Positions 62,564 through 64,000 of a stretch of DNA of 64,000 bases are shown in pieces. The translations under genes and the position numbers were made by a program. Position 1 is the stretch's first letter. Every line of letters begins with the position of its first letter. This DNA is from Mobula birostris (lineage: Eukaryota), in NCBI RefSeq assembly GCF_030028105.1, contig NC_092383.1, positions 87,129,921 to 87,193,920 of the forward strand, written 5' to 3'. The notes beneath the pieces were generated by a model. It was not told the DNA's origin. It saw nothing but the letters and a program-made list of their open reading frames with translations, and did not search any database.

Positions 62564-64000
62564 TCCCGGACAGAGAGGGTAGCAATGGAGTGTTACATCA
62601 GTGAATCTCTCGTGGTGGGCATCATCCGACCCTTATCCTCCCCGGTGGGCGCAGGGTTCTTCTTCGTGGGGAAGAAGGATGGGTCACTGCGTCCCTGCAT
62701 AGACTACCGAGGCCTAAATCATATAACCATAAAGAACAAGTACCCACTGCCTCTGATAAGTTCTGCGTTCGAACCACTTCACAGAGCCGCCATCTTCTTG
62801 AAGTTGGACCTACGAACAGCCTACCATCTCGTCCGAATAAGTGAGTGGGACGACTGGAAGACGGCATTCAATACCCCTTTAGGCCACTTCGAGTACTTGG
62901 TCATGCCTTTTGGCCTCACCAATGCCTCCGCAGTTTTTCAAGCCTTGATTAACGATGTACTAAGAGACTTTATTAACCGCTTTGTGTTTGTCTATCTGGA
63001 TGATATCCTAATCTTTTCCAGCAGACCCCAGCAACACATTCATCATGTCCGTCAAGTCCTGCAGAGGCTGGGGGAGAATAAATTATCCGTAAAGGCGGAG
63101 AAGTGCGAATTCCAGGTCCCCTCGGTCAGCTTCCTAGGTTATAATCATCGAGAGCGGACAGTTGAAAGCTAATCCCGAGAAGATCCGGGCTGTGGCGGAG
63201 TGGCCCAAACCCACGGACCGCAAGCAACTCCAACGGTTCCTGGGGTTTGCGAACTTCTATCGCAGGTTCATCAGAAACTACAGTCAGGTGGCGGCTCCCC
63301 TGACCCGACTTTCCTCACCTGCCATACCTTTCCTTTGGAACTCCGAGGCGGACTCAGCATTCGTGGAACTAAAGAGGCGTTTCACGTCTGCTCCCGTCCT
63401 GATTCAATCCGACCCCTCCTGTCAATTCATTCTGGAGGTTGACGCCTTCGACTCCGGGGTGGGAGCGGTACTGTCCCAATGTTCAGGCCCGGATCAGAAA
63501 CTACATCCCTGTGCCGCCTTCTCTCGCCGACTGTCTCCCTCTGAACGAAATTACGACGTGGGGAACCGGGAGCTACTGGCGGTCAAACTGACGGTGGAAG
63601 AATGGAGACACTGGTTGGAGGGGGCGTAACACCCGTTCATCGTCTGGACAGACCATAAGAACCTTGAATATATTCAGACCGCCAAACGCCTGAGTTCTCG
63701 CCAGGCCCGTTTGGCATTAATTTTTGGCCGGTTCAGGTTTACCCTCACCTATCGTCCGGGGTCCAAGAACGGGAAGCCCGATGCTCTCTCCTGTCAAAAC
63801 GTTTCCGAGGAGGGCCTTCCCAACCCTGAGACCATCCTTCCATCATCCTGTGTAGTGGCTGCCCTCACCTGGGAGATCGAGTCCAGAGTCAGAGGCCCAA
63901 CGGATTCAACCTGACCCAAGCATCGGGCCTCCCAATCGCCTCTTTGTACCTGATTCTGTCCGATCACAGGTTCTCACGTGGGGCCACACTTCTCGTTTCG

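Larger units (their letters stand above)
61800..64000 (+). pseudogene. Gypsy pol (protease, RT, RNase H, start of integrase), disrupted and running off the window
   Basis: [78 protein letters not shown]. Confidence 0.92.

Overview
Repeat-rich vertebrate genomic DNA, inferred to be from a cartilaginous fish (probably a batoid) on the basis of its CR1, Rex1/Babar, RTE, L1 and Penelope-tail repeats. Most listed ORFs are retroelement fragments or their antisense shadows. Among them is a cluster of immunoglobulin-superfamily receptor genes: a phase-1 leader exon, a CD300/pIgR-like V exon and an FCRL-like C2 exon, an architecture resembling the MDIR family described from clearnose skate. A roughly 17-19 kb block occurs twice (copy A 11823-28540, copy B 29491-48806). 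Copy B has an open leader-V-C2 gene (36585 to 31005, minus strand) with no visible TM exon. Copy A is inactivated by a frameshift, a Cys-to-Ser change and a lost splice acceptor. Each copy also carries a second promoter+leader cassette whose V exon was deleted. A third decayed paralog lies at about 0.2-7 kb. A separate minus-strand TM exon (52831-52921) sits next to a plus-strand promoter+leader (53668-53822), suggesting an inversion. All five leaders share a near-invariant 20-bp upstream element. Mobile elements include a full-length L1 with a triplicated target site, two CR1s, nested Tc1/solo-LTR/Rex1 insertions, SINEs, Penelope tails with hammerhead ribozyme motifs, and a Tf1/sushi-like Gypsy element with a self-priming-type PBS. 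One assembly gap (61292-61543). All alignments and identities were judged by eye.
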